Shown: positions 9,439 to 17,290 of the stretch, one piece after another | How positions within the stretch are numbered: the stretch's first letter is position 1 | Layout: each line of letters opens with the position of its first letter | Origin: Patescibacteria group bacterium | Lineage (GTDB): Bacteria; Patescibacteriota; Minisyncoccia; UBA6257; Colwellbacteraceae | DNA: 36,295 nucleotides | NCBI GenBank assembly: GCA_018826645.1 | Contig: JAHJZF010000050.1 | Coordinates: 1 to 36,295 of the forward strand | Direction of reading: 5' to 3' | Position numbers and translations under genes: made by a program | The notes under the pieces: model-generated | The model's input: only the letters and a program-made list of their open reading frames with translations | Told to the model about the DNA's origin: nothing | Database searches by the model: none

Positions 9439-10178
9439 GAAGACTTTTTCTCTTGTTCAGCCTTTTTGAAAGCTTTAACGATGGGCGACATGTCGCCTCC
9501 TAAAATTTTTTCTAAATTGTGCCACTTTTTGCCGATGCGATGGTCTGTGATTCTATCTTGAGGGAAATTGTAGGTTCTAATCTTCTCTGATCTGTCGCCG
9601 GAGCCGATTTGGCTACGCCTAAGTTCTCCCATCTCTGCGCCCTGCTCCTCGATTTGATTCTCGTAGAGTTTAGAGCGGAGAATTTCAAGAGCTACCTCGC
9701 GGTTACTTTGCTGACTTCTGCCTGCCTGAGAGCTGACTACTATGCCGGTTGGTTTATGAACCATTCGGACGGCTGTCTCAACCTTATTGACGTTTTGTCC
9801 TCCAGGACCGCTTGAGCGGAAAAATGAGATTTCAACATCGCCCAAGTTAAGCTCAACTTCTTGGGGCTCTACGACGGGCATAATAGCCACAGAGGCGGTA
9901 GAGGTGTGGACTCTGCCGGACTTTTCGGTTTTTGGGATGCGTTGGACGCGGTGGACGCCTGATTCGTGTTTTAGCATGTTGTAGACGCCTTCGCCTTTAA
10001 TTTGGGCGATAAAGTTTTTATAGCCGTCGAGAGTGGTCTGACTACTGTCTAAGACGGAGAATTTCCAGCCTTGGGTTTCGGAGAAACGTTGGTACATACG
10101 CACCAAATCGCCTGCAAAAATAGCGGCTTCATCACCACCTGCCCCAGCTCTTATTTCTAGTATTACTTTATCGCTCAT
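9435..10178 (-). CDS. prfA: Peptide chain release factor 1, lacking N-terminal domain 1
   Basis: LEIRAGAGGDEA, ESGVHRVQRIPKT (PxT motif), GGQ, RSEKIRTYNFPQDR; follows rpmE. Confidence 0.92.
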   Translation of the reverse strand: MSDKVILEIRAGAGGDEAAIFAGDLVRMYQRFSETQGWKFSVLDSSQTTLDGYKNFIAQIKGEGVYNMLKHESGVHRVQRIPKTEKSGRVHTSTASVAIMPVVEPQEVELNLGDVEISFFRSSGPGGQNVNKVETAVRMVHKPTGIVVSSQAGRSQQSNREVALEILRSKLYENQIEEQGAEMGELRRSQIGSGDRSEKIRTYNFPQDRITDHRIGKKWHNLEKILGGDMSPIVKAFKKAEQEKKSS

Positions 10179-10185
10179 AGGTCCA

Positions 10186-10224
10186 CCTGCCCCGTAGTGC
10201 TTACAGAGTAAGCATTTTTCGGGG
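10186..10224. repeat. Intergenic palindromic unit CCTGCCCCGTAG...TTCGGGG
   Basis: CCCCG/CGGGG outer stem and TGCTTAC/GTAAGCA inner stem. Confidence 0.55.
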
Positions 10225-10225
10225 T

Positions 10226-10579
10226 TTACTTAGATACCTTTTTAAGGGCCTTCTTTCCGCCGGAGGCGGATCCGCCTTTGGCGGAAGGTTTTCTGACGGG
10301 TTTGGCTTCTTCAACTTCAGCTGTTTTAGGCTTCTTTTTAGGGGAAGGCTTGCTCTTGGCAGAAGCTTTTGTGAGCTCTGCTTTAGCTCTGCGCGCCTTG
10401 AATTTCTCAACCCTACCAGCGGTATCGATAAGCTTCTCTTGACCTGTAAAGAAAGGGTGACAGGCGCTACATATCTCTACTTTCATTTCTTCATGAGTTG
10501 AGCCAATTTCATGTACTTTTCCGCATGAACAAACGATTTTCGCAGTTGTATAGTATTGTGGGTGTATATTCTTTTTCAT
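10226..10579 (-). CDS. rpmE: 50S ribosomal protein L31 (Zn-binding type) with Lys-rich C-terminal extension
   Basis: [27 protein letters not shown]. Confidence 0.96.
   Translation of the reverse strand: MKKNIHPQYYTTAKIVCSCGKVHEIGSTHEEMKVEICSACHPFFTGQEKLIDTAGRVEKFKARRAKAELTKASAKSKPSPKKKPKTAEVEEAKPVRKPSAKGGSASGGKKALKKVSK
10256..10285. repeat. 30-bp double palindrome lying in-frame in rpmE
   Basis: TCCGCC-GGA-GGCGGA TCCGCC-TTT-GGCGGA; encodes [10 protein letters not shown]. Confidence 0.75.
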
Positions 10580-10836
10580 CCCGTTAGAGACAGGGAGCGC
10601 TTTAACCTATTTCTAAGATAGCGTTTTCCCATGCCTGATTTTAGATATTTTTCTCTTGACCTTGAATCTTGTTCGTTTGTACAAGCCTCGTAATAGATTA
10701 GCTCAAAGGGTCCTCGATCCTTTGTGGAAGCCACCTTTCCAGACACATGTTCTTTAAAGCGCTTCCGTAAATCTACCGTAGAGCCAGTATACCAGTTCCC
10801 GTCCTTTTTGCTAAGAAGTACATATGTGTAATACAT
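10576..10836 (-). CDS. Minimal GIY-YIG nuclease (UPF0213/YhbQ-like)
   Basis: YTY...WYTG.T.DL..R..EH, ELIYYE, REKYLK. Confidence 0.9.
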   Translation of the reverse strand: MYYTYVLLSKKDGNWYTGSTVDLRKRFKEHVSGKVASTKDRGPFELIYYEACTNEQDSRSREKYLKSGMGKRYLRNRLKRSLSLTG

Positions 10837-10854
10837 AGTGGTCTCTAACGGGAT
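10578..10854 (-). mobile_element. Putative GIY-YIG-carrying element bounded by 14-bp terminal inverted repeats
   Basis: ATCCCGTTAGAGAC (10578-10591) and GTCTCTAACGGGAT (10841-10854) tightly enclose the nuclease ORF; related empty copies at 15367 and 17335. Confidence 0.65.
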
Positions 10855-10868
10855 AAATCAACGGCTGA

Positions 10869-10897
10869 ATTATCATGGATTACCCGCATATAGTCAA
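10869..10897 (-). promoter_or_regulatory. sigma70-type promoter for GIY-YIG/rpmE/prfA
   Basis: TTGACT-17-GATAAT on the minus strand. Confidence 0.6.
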
Positions 10898-10998
10898 CCC
10901 ATACACTTAATGATGACGAGCGTTTTTAGGCGCCTAGAACCTAGTTGTCATTTTTGTGACGATAGGTCGTCATAAAGTGTGTAGGTCAAGGAAAAGCG

Positions 10999-11074
10999 TT
11001 GACATGACGTTAGGGGGGATTAGAATAAGGTGGGTTATATATAGCTTGACTTTATCGTCAAGTTATGGTATAAA
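10999..11074 (+). promoter_or_regulatory. Two tandem sigma70-type promoters
   Basis: TTGACA-16-TAGAAT (10999-11026) and TTGACT-17-TATAAA with TGn extension (11046-11074). Confidence 0.55.
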
Positions 11075-11177
11075 ACTGTCATATGGTAAATCAACGCAAA
11101 TAGTGAGTAAAATCGCGTTTTTTTGCTTTGTACCTTTTCAACCTATTCATATAGGAAAATAGCAGGAAATATCTACA

Positions 11178-11231
11178 GCTAGCATGTGCTAAGTGTCCGT
11201 CAGAAGTGGTGGGTACTTAGCACATGCTAGC
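11178..11231 (+). other. Long 5'-UTR hairpin
   Basis: 17-bp perfect inverted repeat, extended to 25 bp by G-U pairs, GAAG loop. Confidence 0.7.
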
Positions 11232-11262
11232 AACCCCATCCTCATCGGAGAGGAGGTGACCC

Positions 11263-12609
11263 ATGCAGCGGTGCACCGGTAAGAAGAAGAACGGGAGCGA
11301 TTGTATGTCGCCGTTCATCGTGCCGGGCTCCAGCCCGTTGCGATGTGGGTGGCACCTCGAAGGTGCACCTCCCCCGAAGAGAAAGAAGGGAAAGATGGCC
11401 AAGGACAAGTCGGCGCGTCGCCGTATCGGCGCAGTAGAGACAGCGGTTACGAGCATTCAAGCTTCTGTGGCGAGCATTCCGCATGCCATGGCTACCGCGG
11501 TCCAGACTGCGTTCGATCGCGAGCGCACTGAGCGTGAGGCTGACGTTCGTCGTCTCAACGATCGGGTCAATGATGAGGGGCGTCGACGTCGTAACCTCGG
11601 AGGGTTCGTCGGTGGTGGACTTGGTTTGCTGGCGATCGTGGTCGCAATCGTTCTCTCCCTTATGGGAGGAAGGGTTGGGCGCAACGCCGACAACATCGGT
11701 GACAACGCCACGGCAATCACTGCCGTCAATGACCGAATCGACGGTGTCGTGACTTCCATCGCTGACTTGCGAGCTGATTTCGAGCGGTTCACGCTCGACT
11801 TCGGTCCGCGCGTTGGCGCTCTGGAGACAGATATCGCGGGCACCGACCAGGAGATCGCCGATCTCCGCGAATGGTTGAGCGATGAGCTCGGCTATATCCG
11901 CGGAGACATCCAGCGTTTCTACGATACGCTGGATGCGCGACTCCTAGTGGTCGAAGGTCGTGCCGAACCTATGACGACGGACGAGTTCCGTCTGATGGTT
12001 CTTGGCGTTCTCGCAGAGTGTGGCATTCCATGTCGCGTCTGCGAGATTCCTCCGTCGACGGTGCCTTACGCACCGCCGACAACCCGAGGAGGTGGTGGCT
12101 CGACGACGTCTACAACACAGGCGTCAACGACTACCACGGTGGCGCCGTCTACGACGACGACCACCGTGGCACCGACGAGCACGACGACTACGACCAGCAC
12201 TACGGTCCCGTCCACGACTAGCACGACGAGCACTACGACCACCGAACCGACCACGACTACGACCCTGAATGTCGGTCCTGAGATCATCTCGATTTCGGCG
12301 ACACTCGGGGAGACGAATTGTGAAGGTTTCGCAGAGGTCGTCTTCGGAGCGAGCGTCTCCGATCCAGACGGCGTGAGGTCGGTTGTGTTCTCTCTGGCAA
12401 ACGGCTCGTACTACTTGGGTTGGCACACTGTCACCGTGACGGCGACGGACAACCTTGGGGCATCGACGAGTCGCCCCTATAGGTTCAACGTCCCGGAGGT
12501 AGAGAATCCGGCGGCGTGCGGTAGTCAGCCCACCATTCCGACGGAGACGACGACCAGCACCACCGAGGGCGGTGGCAATCAGCCGACGATTCCGACGACG
12601 ATTCCGTAG
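11263..12609 (+). CDS. GC-rich membrane-anchored protein: CCCH zinc-finger-like N-terminus, TM, coiled coil, Thr-rich stalk, Ig-like domain
   Basis: 448-aa ORF with AGGAGGTGA SD; C-x9-C-x13-C-x2-H; poly-Thr; SDPDG...TVTVTATDNLGA. Confidence 0.8.
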   Translation: MQRCTGKKKNGSDCMSPFIVPGSSPLRCGWHLEGAPPPKRKKGKMAKDKSARRRIGAVETAVTSIQASVASIPHAMATAVQTAFDRERTEREADVRRLNDRVNDEGRRRRNLGGFVGGGLGLLAIVVAIVLSLMGGRVGRNADNIGDNATAITAVNDRIDGVVTSIADLRADFERFTLDFGPRVGALETDIAGTDQEIADLREWLSDELGYIRGDIQRFYDTLDARLLVVEGRAEPMTTDEFRLMVLGVLAECGIPCRVCEIPPSTVPYAPPTTRGGGGSTTSTTQASTTTTVAPSTTTTTVAPTSTTTTTSTTVPSTTSTTSTTTTEPTTTTTLNVGPEIISISATLGETNCEGFAEVVFGASVSDPDGVRSVVFSLANGSYYLGWHTVTVTATDNLGASTSRPYRFNVPEVENPAACGSQPTIPTETTTSTTEGGGNQPTIPTTIP

Positions 12610-12671
12610 TAATGGTCTCACGTAGGTAGCTCCTGCTATATCTCTCGACCTGTTCTAAGGTTCGGGAAAAA

Positions 12672-12710
12672 CCCATCTCTCTCTTACACTTCGTGTGCGA
12701 GAGAGATGGG
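12672..12710. terminator. Terminator-like hairpin after the GC-rich gene
   Basis: CCCATCTCTCTC / GAGAGAGATGGG 12-bp stem; the A-tract is on the 5' side. Confidence 0.55.
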
Positions 12711-12801
12711 GCCTACGATTAAACTCTTGAAAATAAAGCGTCAAGGGTTTAAATGTGGGTATTCGAACTCACAAAAGGTTAAAAATAAATACAAAAAACA
12801 A

Positions 12802-15249
12802 ATGACTAATTTGTTAAAAGGTCAAAGAAAAGGATTGGTAGCCATTGTAACTGGTTTATTTGTGGCAGCTAACTTAGCGTTACCGTTGGTTAGTACCGTT
12901 TTTGCCGCTGCTGTCTTTAACCAGGGCTCTCAACCCTACGATTTTCTAAGAATAGGAAGCTCTAGCAACCAAGGAGGAACCTATAACTGGCAAAATCGAA
13001 ACATAAACGCTGAACTTGGTGATACAGTTGCCGCTGTCTTGTTTTTCAACAATACCGGTGACGATAGAGCCAATCGTTCTAAAGTGAGGATATATCCGAC
13101 TATTTCACCTGATGGTCGCAAAGTTAACATCAGGGGTTATGTTTGGGCGAATAATGCTCCTCAGAAAGCCGAAACAGTGGTTGTTAATCTGACTGGTGAT
13201 GGGAAGATTACAAACGTAGATCATCTTGCTACCGTTCAGACTACTCACTGGAATCCAGTACACGAAGTTCCTCTCTCGGGCAACCCAGAGGACGTACTTG
13301 ATAGTAGCGGTCTTTCAGTCGGGAATATTAATCCTGGTGAGAGAAATGCTGGTTTCATCGTAGTTAGTTTTAGAATTAACGGCGATGACGACCCGGAAAC
13401 AGGCGATAAACCAGAAGTAACAACCGTTTCTGCTAATAATGTAGATACAGATAGCGCTGTCTTGCGTTGTGACGTTGATGCTAATGGTGCCGATACAGAT
13501 GTTTGGTTCAAATGGAGTGACAACAGAAGCGATTTAGAAAATAAAACCGCCAATGTTTCTGTCGCTGCAAATAAAACCAACGAAAGAGTAACTAAGACCA
13601 TCACTGGTCTTGATGAAGATACAAAGTATTACTTCCGTTGTGCTGGTAAAAACAGTGAAGGAGGTAATTTGGGTAGTATCTTAGAGTTCACCACAAACGA
13701 TGGTGGAAATTCAGGCGACGCACCAGAAGCAACAACCGTCTCCGCTACTAATGTAGACGAAGATAGTGCAACTTTGCGTTGTGATGTTGATGCCAACGGC
13801 GACGACACTGATGTTTGGTTTGAATGGGGCGACAGTAGCAGTAACCTCGATGAGGATACTTCTACGGTAAATGTCGACGGTAGTGAGACTAACGAGAGAA
13901 TAGATAAAACTATCTCTGGTCTTGATGAAGACACCAAGTATTACTTTCGCTGTGTTGCCAGAAATGGCGAAGGCACAGATAGGGGTAGTATCTTGAACTT
14001 CACCACAGACGATAATGGCGGTGGATCAGGCGACAAGCCAAGTGCTACCACGTTATCTGCTACAAACATTGACGAAGATAGTGCCACCTTGCGTTGTGAG
14101 GTTGACACTAATGGCGATGACGCCGACGTCTGGTTTGAATGGGGCGAAGACAACGATCTTGATGAAAAGACTTCGAAGATTAGTGTTCAAGATGGAGAGA
14201 CTAATAAAACGGTCACAAAAACCATTACTGGTCTCGACGAGGATACTAAGTATTACTTCCGTTGTTTGATAGAAGATGATGGTGGTGAAGAGGACACAGG
14301 TTCCACCAGGAACTTCACTACTGACGACAATGGTAGAAGTTCATCTAATGATGCGCCTGACGTAACTACCTTAGCTCCAACAGGAGTTGGACAGAATGAG
14401 GCTACTTTGGAGGGTGATGTAGATACCAATGGAGACGACACTGATGTGTGGTTTGAGTGGGGTACTGGCATTAATAGCCTTAACAGAGAGACCCCTCGTG
14501 ACGATGTGGGCGATAACGATAATATCGATTTCGACTACAGAGTTACTGGTCTTGCCCAAAACACCACTTACTACTACCGTGCCGTGGCTAGAAACAGCGA
14601 GGGTACTGATTACGGTTATGTTAGAAGCTTCAGAACTGGAGCTCCGATAGTAAACGTGATTACCCGAGTTGTTGAAGTCTTTAGGACGGTTGAAGTAGAA
14701 GAGGAGCCAGAAGTACAAGCTCTCATAATTACCCTTGACGCTGATAGACGAGGTGCCGAGGATAGTCGCGAGATTGATTACACCGTTTCTTATGACAACC
14801 GCACTAGTGAAACTTTCACTAATGCGCAGTTGGTAGTCGATCTCCCTCGTGATCTTAACTTCATTGACGCTAGTCCTAGAGAGGACAACGAAAGAAGCGA
14901 TGTGCTGACGTTTACTATCGGCACCATCAAACCCGGACAGAATGACTCTTTCGTTATTACCACCGATGTGGACGACAGTGTTGACGTAAATGACACAGTC
15001 CGTTTCGTGGCCGACGTCGAATACACAGACAGTGGTACCCAGAAGCTCGTGACCGTTATTGACGAACACACTTTTGGTGAACTTGTCAGTGGTAGAGTTG
15101 GTGGAACTTTTACCGCCTTGCTTATAGACAGCTTGCGTAATTTTTTCACCAGTCCGATATTATGGCTGATTCTTTTGGCCATGCTTGTCTACTTCGCGAT
15201 TCGCTACTTTGTTGCTGGACGCGACAAGAGGTCTGCCGTACTAGTGTAA
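12802..15249 (+). CDS. Surface protein with signal peptide, four fibronectin type III-like repeats, a DUF11-like domain and a C-terminal TM anchor
   Basis: Repeats P.VTT..A...A.L...VD.NG....VWF.W...GL...T.YY.R; IDYTVSYDN...VVDLP..L.F; start placed at ATG 12802. Confidence 0.82.
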   Translation: MTNLLKGQRKGLVAIVTGLFVAANLALPLVSTVFAAAVFNQGSQPYDFLRIGSSSNQGGTYNWQNRNINAELGDTVAAVLFFNNTGDDRANRSKVRIYPTISPDGRKVNIRGYVWANNAPQKAETVVVNLTGDGKITNVDHLATVQTTHWNPVHEVPLSGNPEDVLDSSGLSVGNINPGERNAGFIVVSFRINGDDDPETGDKPEVTTVSANNVDTDSAVLRCDVDANGADTDVWFKWSDNRSDLENKTANVSVAANKTNERVTKTITGLDEDTKYYFRCAGKNSEGGNLGSILEFTTNDGGNSGDAPEATTVSATNVDEDSATLRCDVDANGDDTDVWFEWGDSSSNLDEDTSTVNVDGSETNERIDKTISGLDEDTKYYFRCVARNGEGTDRGSILNFTTDDNGGGSGDKPSATTLSATNIDEDSATLRCEVDTNGDDADVWFEWGEDNDLDEKTSKISVQDGETNKTVTKTITGLDEDTKYYFRCLIEDDGGEEDTGSTRNFTTDDNGRSSSNDAPDVTTLAPTGVGQNEATLEGDVDTNGDDTDVWFEWGTGINSLNRETPRDDVGDNDNIDFDYRVTGLAQNTTYYYRAVARNSEGTDYGYVRSFRTGAPIVNVITRVVEVFRTVEVEEEPEVQALIITLDADRRGAEDSREIDYTVSYDNRTSETFTNAQLVVDLPRDLNFIDASPREDNERSDVLTFTIGTIKPGQNDSFVITTDVDDSVDVNDTVRFVADVEYTDSGTQKLVTVIDEHTFGELVSGRVGGTFTALLIDSLRNFFTSPILWLILLAMLVYFAIRYFVAGRDKRSAVLV
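13411..14640 (+). repeat. Four tandem intragenic repeats of about 315 bp
   Basis: Units start at 13411, 13723, 14038 and 14356. Confidence 0.85.
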
Positions 15250-15303
15250 ACTTGTGTTGAGCGAGACCCTGCTTACTAAATAGGTAAGATAGACTTAAAA
15301 GCG

Positions 15304-15340
15304 AACAAGAAAAGCCCCCATTACGGGGGCTTTTCTTGTT
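15304..15340. terminator. Bidirectional rho-independent terminator
   Basis: AACAAGAAAAGCCCCC-attac-GGGGGCTTTTCTTGTT. Confidence 0.88.
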
Positions 15341-15366
15341 GGAGTTAACCCACAAAGAGTCCTTGA

Positions 15367-15437
15367 CCCCGTTAGAGACCGCCCTCAACTTATGTTGACG
15401 GCTACGATCGTCTAGGGGTGCCCTGTCTCTAACGGGG
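15367..15437 (+). mobile_element. 71-bp MITE-like element, non-coding relative of the GIY-YIG element
   Basis: CCCCGTTAGAGAC...GTCTCTAACGGGG flanked by TTGA direct repeats. Confidence 0.7.
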
Positions 15438-15465
15438 TTGACGGCAGATATTCGACTCATATAAT
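15438..15465 (+). promoter_or_regulatory. 16S rRNA promoter
   Basis: TTGACG-16-TATAAT. Confidence 0.75.
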
Positions 15466-15701
15466 ATCAAGACGGTCGGTTAAGTTAGAAATGATATATG
15501 GATTCATAGACAACTGACATACGAGAACTTTAAGAAATAGAGGTTCCGCCTCTACAGATGCTTGGTCACCACGACAACATATACAGGCGTTTGTAGAGGC
15601 GGAATTTACTTATATATAGGTAGAGTGCTTTTTAGTTGTCCCGAGCTTACATTTCGGTAAGTAAAGGTCTATTCCCTCTGGAGAGTTTCTTCAGAGCGAT
15701 T

Positions 15702-17290
15702 AATTAGGAGGATTTGATCCTGGTCCAGGATGAACGCTGGCGGCGTGGATAAGGCATGCAAGTTGAGCGCTGTATTTTCAATTGACCAAACCTTCGGGCG
15801 AGGTCGCCGAAAATACGGAGCGGCAAACGAGTTAGTAACACCTTGGTATCTACCCCATACTCAGGAATAAGCCATCGAAAGATGGTCTAATACCTGATAG
15901 TCCCCGCTTTCGCTTTTCGTTTCACGAAAAGCTACAGCGGGCAAGCCGCAAGGCCTGCCCACCGTAGCTCCTAGTGGAGCGCAGAGCGAAGGTGGGGTAA
16001 AACTTTTGTGGTATGGGAGGAGCCTAGGCCCGATCAGCTAGATGGTGTGGTAATGGCGCACCATGGCTATGACCGGTAGGGGAGGTGAGAGCCTGACCCC
16101 CAACGACGGAACTGAGACACGGTCCGTACACCTACGGGTGGCCGCAGTCGAGAATATTCCACAATGGGCGAAAGCCTGATGGAGCGACGCCGCGTGCAGG
16201 AAGACGGCCTTCGGGTTGTAAACTGCTTTTCTAGGGGAAAAATATTGATGGTACCTTAGGAATAAGGAGTGGCTAAATTCGTGCCAGCAGCAGCGGTAAT
16301 ACGAATACTCCAAGCGTTATCCGAATTTATTGGGCGTAAAGCGTACGTAGGGGGCTTGATGCGTCTACTGTTAAATCTCACCGCCCAACGGTGAGGCCGC
16401 AGTAGATACGGTCAGGCTAGAGAATGCGAGAGGTCTGTGGAACGCACGGTGTAGGGGTGGTATCCGTTGATATCGTGCGGAACACCAAAGGCGAAGGCAG
16501 CAGACTGGCGTATTTCTGACCCTGAGGTACGAAAGCGTGGGTAGCGAACGGGATTAGATACCCCGGTAGTCCACGCCGTAAACTATGTTGACTAGCTGTT
16601 TCGAGTATCGACCCTCGGAGTGGCGCAGCTAACGCGTTAAGTCAACCGCCTGGGAAGTACGACCGCAAGGTTAAAACTCAAAGGAATAGACGGGGGCTCG
16701 CACAAGCGGAGGAACATGAGGTTTAATTCGATACTAAGCGAGGAACCTTACCTAGGCTTGACACCTAGACGAACGCCAGCCGAAAGGCAGGCTTCTGGAT
16801 TTATTCAGCGGCTAGGCAGGTGCTGCATGGTTGCCGTCAGCTCGTGTCTTGAGATGTACCATTAAGTTGGGAAACGAGCGCAACCCTCATCATCAGTTAC
16901 AAGTGTCTGATGAAACTGCCCTGATTCACAGGGAGGAAGGAGAGGATGACGTCAAATCAGCATGGCCCTTTGATGCCTAGGGCTACACTCATGTTACAAT
17001 GGCCGATACAAAGGGTTGCAAAGGAGTGATCCCAAGCTAATCCCATAAAGTCGGCCCCAGTTCGGATTGGAGGCTGCAACTCGCCTCCATGAAGTCGGAT
17101 TCGCTAGTAATCGCGCATCAGCTATGGCGCGGTGAATACGTTCCCGAGCCTTGTACTCACCGCCCGTCACGTCAAGGGAGCCGGGGACACCTGAAGCTTT
17201 AATTAATTTGAAGTTAGGGTGAATTCGGTGACATGGACGAAGTCGTAACAAGGCACGCGTAGCGGAAGCTGTGCGTGGAACAATTAAACT
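15702..17290 (+). rRNA. rrs: 16S rRNA, unlinked from 23S; ends approximate
   Basis: TTTGATCCTGG, CCTACGGG, GTGCCAGCAGC, ATTAGATACCC, AAACTCAAAGGAAT, AAGTCGTAACAAGG, helix 45. Confidence 0.99.
15902..15996. repeat. Two inverted palindromic units expanding 16S V2
   Basis: CCCGCTTTCGCT..AGCTACAGCGGGCAAG and CCTGCCCACCGTAGCT..AGCGAAGGTGGG around CC-GCAA-GG. Confidence 0.65.

Noticed and set aside
10201..10410. 69-aa alternative-frame ORF as a frameshifted N-terminus of prfA
   Set aside because: It overlaps rpmE, stops before prfA, and does not resemble RF domain 1
10956..11162. 68-aa ORF in the intergenic region
   Set aside because: Overlaps promoter motifs, GTG start, no recognisable protein features
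12050..12265. ACG/ACC-rich repeats as a CRISPR array or satellite
   Set aside because: Low-complexity Thr codons with no repeat-spacer periodicity
13411..14640. Near-identical repeats as a diversity-generating retroelement TR/VR pair
   Set aside because: They are in-frame domain repeats, differences are not adenine-specific, and there is no reverse transcriptase in the window
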